DNA of 62,979 nt, filler included, from Conidiobolus incongruus B7586 (lineage: Eukaryota), in NCBI GenBank assembly GCA_000697335.1. It is 17 parts of 17 records of this genome, joined end to end, with 100 filler letters (N's around TTAATTAATTAA, not from the genome) between each part and the next. Parts side by side here need not be neighbours in the genome. Positions count along the whole stretch, not along the records: positions 1 to 3,543 come from JNEM01004225.1; positions 3,644 to 5,757 come from JNEM01004227.1; positions 5,858 to 7,465 come from JNEM01004228.1; positions 7,566 to 10,290 come from JNEM01004230.1; positions 10,391 to 19,515 come from JNEM01004231.1; 12 more parts are not named here. The stretch is one strand, 5' to 3'. Shown piece after piece: positions 1 through 12,682 of the stretch. The position numbers and the translations under genes were made by a program. Below the pieces are notes generated by a model, which saw only the letters and a list, made by a program, of their open reading frames with translations, made no database searches and was not told where the DNA came from. Position 1 is the first letter of the stretch, and each line of letters begins with the position of its first letter.

Positions 1-3000
1 ATTTTTTTGTAATATTTAACTTATTTATTAAATTTATTAAAATATATCTTTATATTTATAAATTAAATAATTTTATTTTAATTAGTTTTTATTTAACTTT
101 GATAATAATATTTAAACTCTTATTTAATTATATAATAAGACTTATTTAATTAGAGTGTTTTTTTAAATTATAAGTAATAACTATTATAATATAAAGTATT
201 TAAAATAATATCAATATTTATTGATATTTTTATATAATTTTATAACTATTATTATATTATTTTTGTAAATATAGTGGTAAATACTAATATAGTATAAAAG
301 CAAACTTAATATAAGAGTAGTGTAATATAGAATATAATACTATAATATAATTGTAATATGCAAATATAAACAAAGTTTAATTAAGCTTCAAACTGGGATA
401 AATCACCAATAAATTAAGATTTAAATTAGATAGTGCTAATATACTATAATATTGATAGGATATAATTTCAATCCTAGAAATAATAAAAAAGATAAAAAAT
501 AATAAAAATTAAGAGAAAAAAAGAAGAACCTAGTTTATTAGATAATTCAATACTATTTATATAATTAATTTAATTATAATAATATAAACTAATCATATAA
601 TTTATAATTAATTAAATTATATGAAAGTATATATAAGAATTTAAAAAATTAGTCTTTTAATACTCCCCTAATAAATTTCTTAAAAGAGACACACTCTTTA
701 GATTTTTATAGATAGATATAATAAATTAAGATATTCTTAATATTTTCTAAAGGTTTATATATAACTTCTTTAATAAAATAATTTATTTATTTTATATAAA
801 AATAAAGCTTATTCCTAATAGATTTAGATTTAAATATATAATTAATATAATATTTTTCTTCTCTATCTTAATTAATAATTAAATCTAATTTTAAAATTTT
901 TAATCAATTAGGAAAAATATTAAAATCTTCAAAATAAGGTTTGATTTTAGATATATAAAAAATAAAGTTAATCTTTAAAATTAAAAATAATTTTAAGATA
1001 ATGTTTTTAAATTTTATATTAATAGATTAAATTTTATAGGGACTATAATATAATAGCAAGTATTTTAGATTTAAGTTAAATTTGAGTAAGGTAGGTTTAA
1101 AAGCAAATTATTCTAAGGATACAAACATATTAATTTTATATTTAAGTGGATTCTTAGATAACTTTAAATATTATTGTTTTATAATCCTTTAATTTTCTCT
1201 GAAGTTAAATTTAACAAAGGAATTAATATATTTGATATTAGATTAAAATTCAATTATATCTAAAGATAAATTGATTTAAAATTTTAAAATAATTATTAAA
1301 TTAACATATTTATTATAATTAATGAAATAAATGCTAAAACCTGTTGATTTATTGATAAAGATATTAAATAAATATTGAAATTAATAGATATAAGTATTTT
1401 AATTTAACTGATTAGTGTTAATATAAGCTTTAATTATTTACTTTAAGGTTTTAATAGTTCTTTTAGCAAGTTTATTAGTTTAGTGATGATTAGTAGTAAA
1501 TATAATTAGATTAATCTTGAAAAAAAAGATAGTAACTTCAAAAATTAAGATTTGAATTATATTTTTCTATTAAATATAATAATTTATGGAATTTTATAAT
1601 AAGTAAAAATATTAGAGAATAATAATTATATAATATCTTTAATTGTAAAAGTTTTAAAATAAAGAATAAAATAAATATATTTAGAGAATAAATCAATTAC
1701 AACTAGTAAATTATTATAACTAGTTATTAATTTATGAATTTTTATAAAATCAAGTTAGATTTGTTATTAAATTTTATTAGGGAATTATAAGGGTATAAGT
1801 TTACTATATTTTAATTAGATATTATATTTAATTCTTTAATATATATTATAGGTATTAATGAATATCTAAACTAATTTAACTAAGGAAAGCTTGTAATATT
1901 TTATTTTAATTCTTTCAATAGTTTTTAACTAGTTTTAATCTTTTCTAATAGGTAAATTATAATATTCATTAAATATTGCTTATTAAATCTTAGGAATATT
2001 AAGGAAAAATAAATAATTATTATAATATAATAGGTTATTAATGATTTTAAATCTTTTAACATATTTTAATTAGTTTTTTAATAGTTTAAAATGTTGTTTT
2101 TTGATTAAAATATAAAAATAATATTTTAATAGTATTTTTTAAAATAGTTTAAAAAATTCATTATTTTTTTATTAATAGTTATTAAGTTAATATTTGCCAG
2201 ATTTCTATAATTAGAATAAAAAGATAAATATATAAGATTTTTTAACAAAGTATCTACTATATAATTTTATTAACCTAAATGTTATTAGATAAAGAAAGAT
2301 AAGCTTAGATAATTTTAATCTATCTAACTTATTTTCTAAATAAATATTTTTAAGTATTTAAATAAATAAGTAATTTATAATCTATAAATATTAAAAAAAG
2401 ATTATAAGATAAGAAATATAAATGATTTTTGATTATTTTTACTAAAGCAAAAAGTTTTTATTTATAAACTAGGTATTTTAGTTTAGCTGGTTTTATTTTT
2501 CTTAACTAGAATATTATAAGCTTTAAAGTAATATTTGTAAAGTTAAACTCAACTTATTCTCTTTTATTTATTATTTTATCATATAATTAAATGGTAAAAT
2601 ATAAATTAAATTTAAACTAGGTTAATTATCTACCAGTTATAAAAGAATTAGAATTAGTAAAAATAATAATAGGTAGTTTAAAATTAAAAATAAATAAAGC
2701 AAGAGTATTAGTAATATAGAAAATTAAAGTATTTATATAAAAAATACATAATAAAGTTTATTCAAAAAAAGAGTTTTTTTAAGAGATTAGTTAGAAAAGT
2801 TATAAGTTCAAAAAAAATCAATGAAATTTTTAAAGTAATTTAATAATTTAAGTATAAACATAAGTTGATTTTTGTTTATAAATATAGTAAAAGCTTTTAT
2901 ATTTTTAAGTTTAATTAAATCAATGTTAATTCTTTAAAAATAAATAATATAACTATAGAAAAAGATAGAAAAAACACCAAAAATACATTTTGATAGCTTT

Positions 3001-3543
3001 AAAAATAATTTATATTTTTAAATAATTTGTAAGATTTAATTAACATATTAAATATATTTTTTATTAGTTTTTAAATACATTAGGATATTTTAAAGATAAA
3101 TAATAATAAAGTTATTAAAATCAAAGTTAAGAAAGGAATTGATTAATTAAGTAAAAGTTATAAAAATATTATATAATTTAAAGTTTTTAATAATAAATTT
3201 ACAATAGCTTAATAGAGTATTAAAAATAGTTAAAAAAATAGAATTTTTTATAATAAGGAAAAAAGTTTAATATATTTATTTTCAAGTAATTTTTAGATTT
3301 CTTCTTTTAAAGTTTAATATTATTTAAGAGATAAATGATAAGTAAACTTAAAATATAGTTATATACCTAAAAGAAGTTTAATTTTGTGCTTAATATTATA
3401 TTTAAGAGTTAATTTACTTATAAGTTTAAAAACATTATCAAATTAACTTATTATATTATATAAAAAAAGATTATTAATTATAATTTTATTAAAATTAATA
3501 AATAGAATATTAATAGTTAAATAATAAACAAATATATATCCCT
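1..3543 (-). mobile_element. Hypermutated Ty3/gypsy LTR retrotransposon of chromovirus type (RT, integrase, chromodomain, PPT, 3' LTR); 5' part lost at a gap
   Basis: Minus-strand translation, with reversion mostly of transitions. RT ~2950-3250: LTIFNTLLSYCKF..NFKLYNIFITFT (=TAFNTPLGHYEF..FGLCNAPATF), IIIYL*NILMY (=YLDDIL), KCIFGV. Integrase ~1400-1810: KLIPL*FPNKI**QI*LDFI, LLVVIDLFSKYIYFI, IIIFNR (=ISDR), NHH*TNKLAKRTIKTLK (=HQTDGLAERTI). Chromodomain ~730-870: EEKYYI..KLYFYIK*INY..EVIYKPLENI. Purine tract AGGGGAG (669-663) is followed by TAT (mutated TGT) at 662. The LTR outer end was not located. Confidence 0.88.
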
Positions 3544-4164
3544 NNNNNNNNNNNNNNNNNNNNNNNNNNNNNNNNNNNNNNNNNNNNTTAATTAATTAAN
3601 NNNNNNNNNNNNNNNNNNNNNNNNNNNNNNNNNNNNNNNNNNNTTAATTTTTTTAAATAAAGAATAAAATATTAAATATTTTAAATTAACAAAATAATAA
3701 AAATATGATATTATTAATTAATAATATAGTACTTTTGTCATTAATTTTCAATTATTTTACTTTTGATTTTTATTAGAGTAATTAATCTTTAAAATAATTT
3801 GGTTTATCAATTTATTCATTTTTTTAATTATTATTTATTTCAAAAAGATAATATAATTAATTTAAAAATATTTTATCATAAAAAACTTTAAATATAAACC
3901 AAATTAATTCAATCTTTTTTCCAATTTATTCTTGATATCGTCTTGATTTTTAAATATAAAAGCCATAATTTATTTTTGAAAATTTTGATAAACTAATAAT
4001 TCCTGGTTATTAAGTTTTATATTATAAATCTATTTAATTTTAATTTTAAAATTTTTAAACTATTTTATACTTTCAATTTTGATAACTTTATAGTTTATAT
4101 CTTATATAATTATAAAAATTAGAATATTTATATTAATATTTATTAATTGCAATTGATAGAATAT

Positions 4165-5722
4165 ATATACTACCTTATAAAAATAGGTCATAAAATTATG
4201 ATTATATATATTTTTATTAAAAACTTTATTAATTCTTAGTTAAATTATTTTGAATTAAAATATATAATTAATTTATAATTAAATATATTTGATCTAACTA
4301 TATTAACTTTTGGTTGATATTTTAAAATTTAAATTTTACTTAAAATAAGTTATAAATTTATGTGTTTTGGTTATAAAAAGAGAATTAAAACTTAATATAC
4401 CTATCTTTTGTTTTTTTAACTTTTTTAAGTTTATAAGGTATAAAGTTAACTAACTTTTTATATTAAAAAAGATTAATTTTGTTCTAAGCTTCTTAAATAT
4501 ATTCTTAAAGCTTATTTAAATTTTTTATTGGTGGGAAAGCTTTAATTGCTTTTATAATTGATTTTAAAGATATTTAATTAAATTAAAGTTAAATAATTAA
4601 GGAAGTTATTTTATAACTATTATTTTATTATTATTAAACCATTTGGTATTAGAAATAATAATATAACAAAAGATATTATTTTGTTAAAAAATAATATCTA
4701 AATTAATTAATTTATATTATTCAATAGTTTTTTTTAATTTATTATCTAGAATACTTTAATATATCTTAATATTAACCCATTTGTTAATTTTATAAAGATA
4801 TTTTATATAAAAAGATAATATATTTTTAAACTATAATTAACCTATTATTATATTTTTGGGTTAAAATAAAATGATAGTTATAAAATATTATTTTGTTTTT
4901 TTAAAATGTCTAGTTTTTTTATTAAATTTATTAAAATATATTTTCATTTTATTCAACTAAATAACCATATATTAATTAATTTTAATTTAACTTTAGTAAT
5001 AATATTTAAACTCTTACCTAGCTTTATAGTAAAAATTTTTTAATTGGGGGTATTTTTTTAAGATGCAAGTAGTATTTACTATAATATAAAACATATATAA
5101 TAGTATTAATATTAATTAATATTCTTATATAGTCTTGTAATTTTTTCTATACTTCTATAGTAATTTTATACTTACCTATATTAATTAACATATAAATATA
5201 TCTTAATTATATTTATTTATAATCCTAATACACTTAAATTTAAATTTAAATATATCTTTACTATAATTTTTAATAGCCTTAACTATAGTAAACTAGTTAA
5301 CACTACTAATTCCATTAATTTTACAAATTGATTTACCTTTATCTTAAAGTTGATTGATATATATATAAATGTTTTTAAAAACAATTTAAGTATTTTAATA
5401 TTAATATTATTTAAAATAATAATTTCAAATAATAATATTAGTATATATATAATTTCATAAAAAAAAGATTTAAGTAATTTTTGTTTTATATATCCTTTTA
5501 ACTTATAAACTTGCAAATTTATAACTTACCCTATTTAAAATTTAAGATTTAATATATTAACTAATAATATATTCAATATAATTAAATATAACCTATTATA
5601 ATCAAATAATATACCTTAATTATATATTTTAATTTGAATTAATTTAGTTAAAAATTATTTAAGTTACAGGTAAATATATAAGTGATTTTTAATTTATAAT
5701 TTACTTTTATAGGCTAGTATAT
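4165..5722 (-). mobile_element. Tc1-like DNA transposon relic (DD34E family), apparently full length
   Basis: Ends tatactaccttataaaaataggtcataaaa and ttacttttataggctagtata are inverted. Inner repeats taagttataaattt (~4346) and aaatttataacttac (~5515). Interior is colinear with the copies at 22176 and 41077. Confidence 0.85.
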
Positions 5723-5893
5723 AATATAATTTGATGTTAAAATATAAATAAAAAATTNNNNNNNNNNNNNNNNNNNNNNNNNNNNNNNNNNNNNNNNNNN
5801 NTTAATTAATTAANNNNNNNNNNNNNNNNNNNNNNNNNNNNNNNNNNNNNNNNNNNNATTTATTTATTTTCAAAAACTAAATATAATTATTAT

Positions 5894-7465
5894 ATATATC
5901 AGTCTATAAAAATAAATCATAAACTAAAATCATATATATTTTTATTATTATAAAATTAAAGAAATGGGAAATATTTTTAATTTCTGATTTCTCAAATATA
6001 TTATTAATTTTAAATAAAAAAATATATAAGATAAATAAGAAAATAAATAATTTTTTTAATTAAAAAATTAATTTTTTAAAATTAATTATTTAATTTATTC
6101 ATATTTATACCAAATAATAACCATCAAAGGTCTTTTATTTTAATATTAGTAAAATTTAACCATAAACTCTCTAAAATCATTCAAAATTTACAAGCAGCTT
6201 TTGGTAATAAAGTATTATCTAAATCAACAATTTATTGCTAAATAAATTATTTTAAAGCTAAAAGAGAAATTACCCAAAACTTATTAAAATCTAAAAAACA
6301 AATTTCAACTATTACTCTTCTAATTATTAATAAAATAAAAAATTATATTAAAAAACACTGTTTTATTTTACTAGAGAATTATTAAAACACTATAAAATCA
6401 GTTACACAAGTATTTTATAAAAAGTTTAAATTAAAATTAATTAATAAAAATATAAAATAAATGCTTTATAAATTAAATAAGGTTTAAAAAAAGTTAGAGT
6501 AACTATTATTAAACAAAATTTACTAAGATATAGCTAGAAACTAAGGCTTTTATAACAAATTATTATAATTGATGAATCTTAAATTCTTTTGTATAATCCT
6601 TTGTTAAAATATAAATCAAGGTGTTAGATTAAGCCAAATCAACCCCTTTCATAAATTTCTTTAAATAAGCACTATATTAATAAAAAAATATTAATTTTTA
6701 TAATAGATTATAATAATATATGCTATTCTTATTTATCTGTTAAAGGAAAATTATTTAATAGTAAACTTTATTTTTCTTTTTTAAATTAAACTATTTCTAA
6801 TTGGTATTTTTAAAATAATTTAAGAAAACCTATTATTTTGTAAAATAATTATAAAATATATAAATTTAAAGTTATAAAAAACTTTCTAATTAAAAATAAC
6901 TGGAAAAAACTACAATATCTAATATATTCTTTAGACTATAACCTATGTGATTATAATTGTTTTAGGTAATTAAAAAACCAGCTTTCAAGAAAAAAAATTT
7001 TTATAAAAAATTTAACTGGTTTGTAAAACATCAAATTTCAGTTTTTAATAAAAAAAATTATTTTTTAAGTATTAAATCTTTACTAAAAATATAGCAAAAA
7101 ATTATTAAAAATAAAAAAAATTATTAAATTTATATAATATATTTATTTTTATTTTTTATATATTGAAAATATTTATATTTTTTCAATCACAAAAAATTCC
7201 CATTATTTAAATTACAAAGTAATATTAATAACTTTATTAATTCTTAATTAAATTAAGTTAAATTATATATTAAACTTATATAATTTATATATATCAAAAT
7301 ATCTTTGATCAAATTATATTAATTTTTAGTTAATATATTAAAACTTAAACTTATTTAAATTAAGTTTGAAATTTGTGTGTTTTGAAATATAGAAAGAAAA
7401 TTAAAGCTTAATAAATCTATTATTTATTTATTTTATTTTTTTAAATTTATAATATAGAGAATCAA
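5894..7465 (-). mobile_element. End of a Tc1-family copy, interrupted by a mariner insertion and truncated at a gap
   Basis: 5894-5944 joined to 7225-7465 matches 4165-4450 (atatatattttTA|ttaa(a/t)aactttattaattctta). Confidence 0.75.
5945..7222 (+). mobile_element. mariner (DD34D) transposon relic, ~1.28 kb, TA target duplication
   Basis: ~28-bp imperfect TIRs (tattattataaaattaaagaaatgggaa / ttcccattatttaaattacaaagtaata, including the TAs at 5943-44 and 7223-24). HTH QRSFILILVK..IIQNLQAAFGNKVLSKSTIYC*I; *MLYKL at 6458 (=WVPHEL by transitions only); IIIDES* at ~6562-6582; YSLDYNLCDY at 6925-6954 (=YSPDYNPCDY). There are 34 codons between the 2nd and 3rd catalytic positions. Confidence 0.92.
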
Positions 7466-10400
7466 NNNNNNNNNNNNNNNNNNNNNNNNNNNNNNNNNNN
7501 NNNNNNNNNTTAATTAATTAANNNNNNNNNNNNNNNNNNNNNNNNNNNNNNNNNNNNNNNNNNNNTAAAAGTTAATTAAACTTTATTTATATTTTCATAT
7601 TATATTTTATATTATATTACTATATATTTTATTATATTAAATTTATTTTAAATTTAATTTCATAATATATTAATAATCTTTTCGTATTATATTTATATAG
7701 TAATATGATAAAACCATTAAAATTCTTTTAGCAAATTAATAATTACTTATATTAACTTGATTTATTATTTTTATAAATCTTATAAATAGTTAATTTTTTC
7801 AAATTTAATACTATAAACTATAATACCATTAAAAAAAATACCCATATAATATTTTAATGATAATGATAGCTTAATTACTAAGTAAATTTGAGATTTTAAT
7901 TTTTAAATGATTATTACCCTCTAAGGAACCTATATTAATTAACTAATGTTTAAGAAAAATATAACTCAAAGAGTTTAAATCTAATAAATTAGTTATTTCA
8001 ATATTATTATTATTTCAAATTATTTTTTTAATATTTTCAAAAATAAATTAATTATTAATAATAATTTTAAAAGCCACTATAAGCTTAAAGACTATTTTAC
8101 TAATATAAAGAATTATGTTAATATAATTAATAAAAATTTAAAAAATATCCTTAAATTAATTACTTTTATTTCAGAAAGATTTATTTATACTTGGTAATTA
8201 ACTTATTATAATTTAATCTTCAAATATCATTAAGGAGATAAATTATTATAAGAATACAAACTCTTTAATAATTAGGAAAAACCTTTAAATAAAGATATTA
8301 CTTATAAGATTAAGTTTAATTAATAAGAGAAGTGTTTACTTAATTTAAATAAAAACTTTTATAAGGCAATCAATTAATAAATTTAATGAGATATATTTAA
8401 ATATATTGAATATCACCAAAGAAGAATAAATCTACAAGTTATTATAATGTTTTAATTTCTAAACTAAACCTTAATTAATAAAAAACACTTTAATAATATG
8501 TTTTTTTTCAAATATATATAATATAACAATTATGATTGATAATATCTTTATTAAATGATAAAATCTTCTTATTAAAAGAATTAATTATTTAAAACTTATT
8601 TTAACTTGCTTAAATCTCAAATGATAAATATTACTATTTTAAAACTTAATAAGCAAATATTTAGTTAAGAAGTTAAAATTTATTTAAAAGTTAATCAAAG
8701 TTATTATTATTGTTTAAAAACTTATATTAATTATATAATTAATATAATATCCCATTAAGAAATATAATTAGTCTAATCCCTAATAATATTAATTTATTAA
8801 TTACAAATTTAACTTGAATAATATTAATATAATTTTAAATTATTTTTTTATAATTAATTAGTAAATTTAAAATAAATTTATAAAGGTTTTAATAAACCAA
8901 AAAATTTATCAATTAAATTATATATGCTAAAGAGATTCAACTTATTAAAACATTGAAAATTAGAAATATTCTAATAATTAATTGATCTAATTCTTTATCT
9001 TTAATAATCACCCTTTTATTTATTTTAACTAGTAATATTATAAATATATTTTTTAGTATTTTAATTAATTATAATTATTTAGCTATATTATTTTTTTTAT
9101 CATTTTAAAATAATCTTTGCCTATTTAAAAATGTAATAAAATAATTAAATATACTAATAACTTAATAAAACAAACATTAAATATTATAATTAAATATCTT
9201 GTATTATTTCCCAACTATTCCTAGTATATTAAGTTTTTAGTTGGTAATATTAATTAAAATTCTATATTAGGTTAAAATTAATTTAAATATCATCGTTTTA
9301 TATCAATAAATATTACTCTAACTGGTCATAAATTTATTTCTTTCATTTATTAAAAAAATCAATAAAATAAATATCAAAAAATTTGTATTATTTTATTATA
9401 CATTATTAAATATTTTATTTGACATTAATTTTATATTTATAGCAAATAATTTTATTATTATTAGCAAAAATCAATATAAAAAATTAATTAAAAACTTTAA
9501 TAATATATGAAAATATATATTTGTTTATTATTTATTTATTAATACTTATTGTATTAATTTTAATAATATTATATCTAATAACTATTTTATATATTATACT
9601 ATAAGTGAATTTGCTAATGTTTTCAATCTTATAAATAAAATACCTCTTTATATATAATATTAAATATAAATTACATTTATCCTTAATATACAACTATATT
9701 TAAAATTTACTTACTATTTATCTCTTAAATAATACTAAACTTAAAAAAAGAAATTTAAATATTATTTGAAAATTAAATATAGTAAACTTTCTTTTTTATT
9801 ATAAAAATCACTTATTTTCTTTATATAAAAGGTTTTAATAATAAAAAAATATATATTAATAATTATATTTTAAATTTTAAATTTTAAATCTATTAAAAAT
9901 AAAACCATTTTATTAAATTTATATAATTTTAAACATAAATTACTTAAATCAGTTATTTTTACTAAGTTAAATATTCAGAATAATTATCATAATAATAAAA
10001 TTAAAAAAAAATTCTATTCCCTTAATTATTTTTAATATTTTCTCAAACTATTATAAATTTACTATTATAAATTTTAATTATATAATATCCTTATAACTAT
10101 TATTTAATTTATCGATTCCCTTTTTAATCTAATTTTAATAACTTTATTAACATTTATTTTAATAACATCTTGTTTTATTTAAATATTAAAAAAGAATAAA
10201 TCAAATAAATTCATTAAGTTTTATAATTTATTTTAAAACAAAAATTTTCTTTAAAAATATCAAAATGCATTTTTAATGCTATTATTATTTNNNNNNNNNN
10301 NNNNNNNNNNNNNNNNNNNNNNNNNNNNNNNNNNTTAATTAATTAANNNNNNNNNNNNNNNNNNNNNNNNNNNNNNNNNNNNNNNNNNNNAAAATAATTT

Positions 10401-12682
10401 AAAATTAATTTATTATTATATTTTATTATAAAAATTTCTATTTTTAAAAATATTTTAATATATTTAAATTAAGTTTATTTTAATATTTAATTTAATCTTT
10501 ACTAATTATAAGGTTCATATTTTAGTTTATTAAAAATATATTCAAGTTTAAAATTAATAAGTATAAAATTTATCTATATAATGAAAATTAATTTATATAA
10601 ATAATTTTTTCAAATAAAAGTATATTTCTTTATATAAATTTTGATATTACCTATAAGTAAAAAAATACCAAACAAATTAAACAAAAATTTAAATAAATTT
10701 TAAATAATATCTTTTTTGAAATTATAGTAATAATTCTAATAATAAATGGTAATTTTAAATATTATACTATCTTAAGAAAATTGTTTATAAATTATAAATG
10801 ATTTTAAAGGGTTTATGGTTTAATTTTAATGGTATTAAAATAAAAAACCTTTGATGATCACTATTTAATTTAAGAATGATTAAATTTAATATTAAATTTT
10901 GTTTCAATAATATTTAAATGGAAAAATTATTATGAATGATATATAAATATAGCTTGAGAATATTAATTCTCATATTTATTTTATAAATTATTAATTTTTT
11001 AAAGCAAACAATATGCTTGAAAAATCAGAAATTAAAAAATTTGGCATTTGTTTCTTTTTGTACTAATAATATACACTTTATTAATTTCTATGTTTAATTC
11101 AATTAATTGAACTTTGAGATTTTCCTTCAAGAAATATATTTAGTACTTTAACTATTGCACTTCCTGACCTAACAGCTATTTACTAGTTTTGCAGATAAAA
11201 GTGATGGATGATTTTAACTAAAGCACCATATTTATTTAATATTACATGTCTAACTTTTGTTGATTATCCAAACTACAAGGTCCAAATATCAAAATTATTT
11301 CCAAATAAAATCAAATGTTGAAGAAACCATTTTATAATTGAAAATATTAACCTTTTTGGAGTTTTGGAAAGTGATGAAGACAATTACCTATATATATATT
11401 TATATTGATATTATACATATTTTTGATTAATTGCGAATAGAAATTTAAATTTTCTAAATTTTCAATTAATAATATTAATGATAACTATGTAACAAGTGAG
11501 ACATAAAAAATAATTAATTTGGGATTTATAATTAGAATTATTTGTTATTATTAAAAAAATACATAATTAACATATAGTTATATAAATGAAATGAAACTCA
11601 CAATAAAAAACACGATAATAAATGAGTTTACTTGAATAATTCATCCAATTCATACAACATTAAATTTTATTTTGTAAATTAATTTTATGATGAATAATGG
11701 AAAGGAATTATAATTAAAAATTACTTATTAAATTATCATGTAATTTGGATAAATGTATCTTTAATATAATATATCACATAATCTCTATATAACAAAATAA
11801 CAATCTTAGCCAATATTTAGAATTCTATTTTTATTATTGACTATTTTATCAATATTTGTTGTAAAATGGATTAATTCCAATCCAAAAGTCCATAACCATT
11901 TCATCATGATAATTGAGCATAATTTCATTAATTCAATCATGTAATCGAAACAAATTACTTTCAAATTCCAAATCTTATTTTATATAACATTTTGGAATTT
12001 TATAATCCCAAAAATTAATTTTGAATATTAAAATTCATGTGGAATAATAATTTTCAAAAGTTTTTGAAAGATAATTTTTGTATTTGTTCAATATTAATGT
12101 ATGTTAAGTTATAAGATTTTATTTTTTAAAAAAATTAATCAACCCTATAATTGAATTAATAGTATTTGTTAAATGTATTCAAATCATTCTGTTAACTTTG
12201 TCAATACAATGTACATATTTTTTTATATTTTTATTTTATTCAATAAATATAAAAACTAAAATTCATATCATTGATAAATGGAATGCGATTTGGACCCAAT
12301 CAAGATAATCAATAGAAAAAGAAAAGCTTGATTGAATGGATATTGATTAATTCGAGTAATTGTTACGTCAATCATTGAAGGAAATATCTAGACATTTGAA
12401 TTAATTTAGATCTTTGACCACCAAAGTGATGATCTCATTAACAATCACACACATATCAATTCTAATTCAATTAACCACAATTTGAATCATTCAAATGAAT
12501 AGAAATAAGCTTGACAAAATTAATTTTAACTTTTAACTAAATACAAACAATTAATTCAGTCTTTTAGTTATTCCTTTGTTAGCAATTAATATTCAATCAT
12601 CTAACTTTCTTTAATACATTAATTTAGCGGATATAACTGAATTTGTAATATTAAATTATCAAGTTTAAAAAATATTGCAAAA

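Noticed and set aside
3588..3599. Recurrent TTAATTAATTAA palindrome as a biological repeat or CRISPR-like array
   Set aside because: Always centred in exactly 44+44 Ns; it is an assembly linker.
5283..5516. ORF-track entries 5283-5516 and 43496-43684
   Set aside because: Chance I/K/N/F-rich frames with non-ATG starts inside mutated Tc1 copies.
1..10290. Mitochondrial DNA or NUMT, suggested by extreme AT content
   Set aside because: No mitochondrial genes are recognisable; most of the sequence decodes as gypsy, Tc1 and mariner relics.
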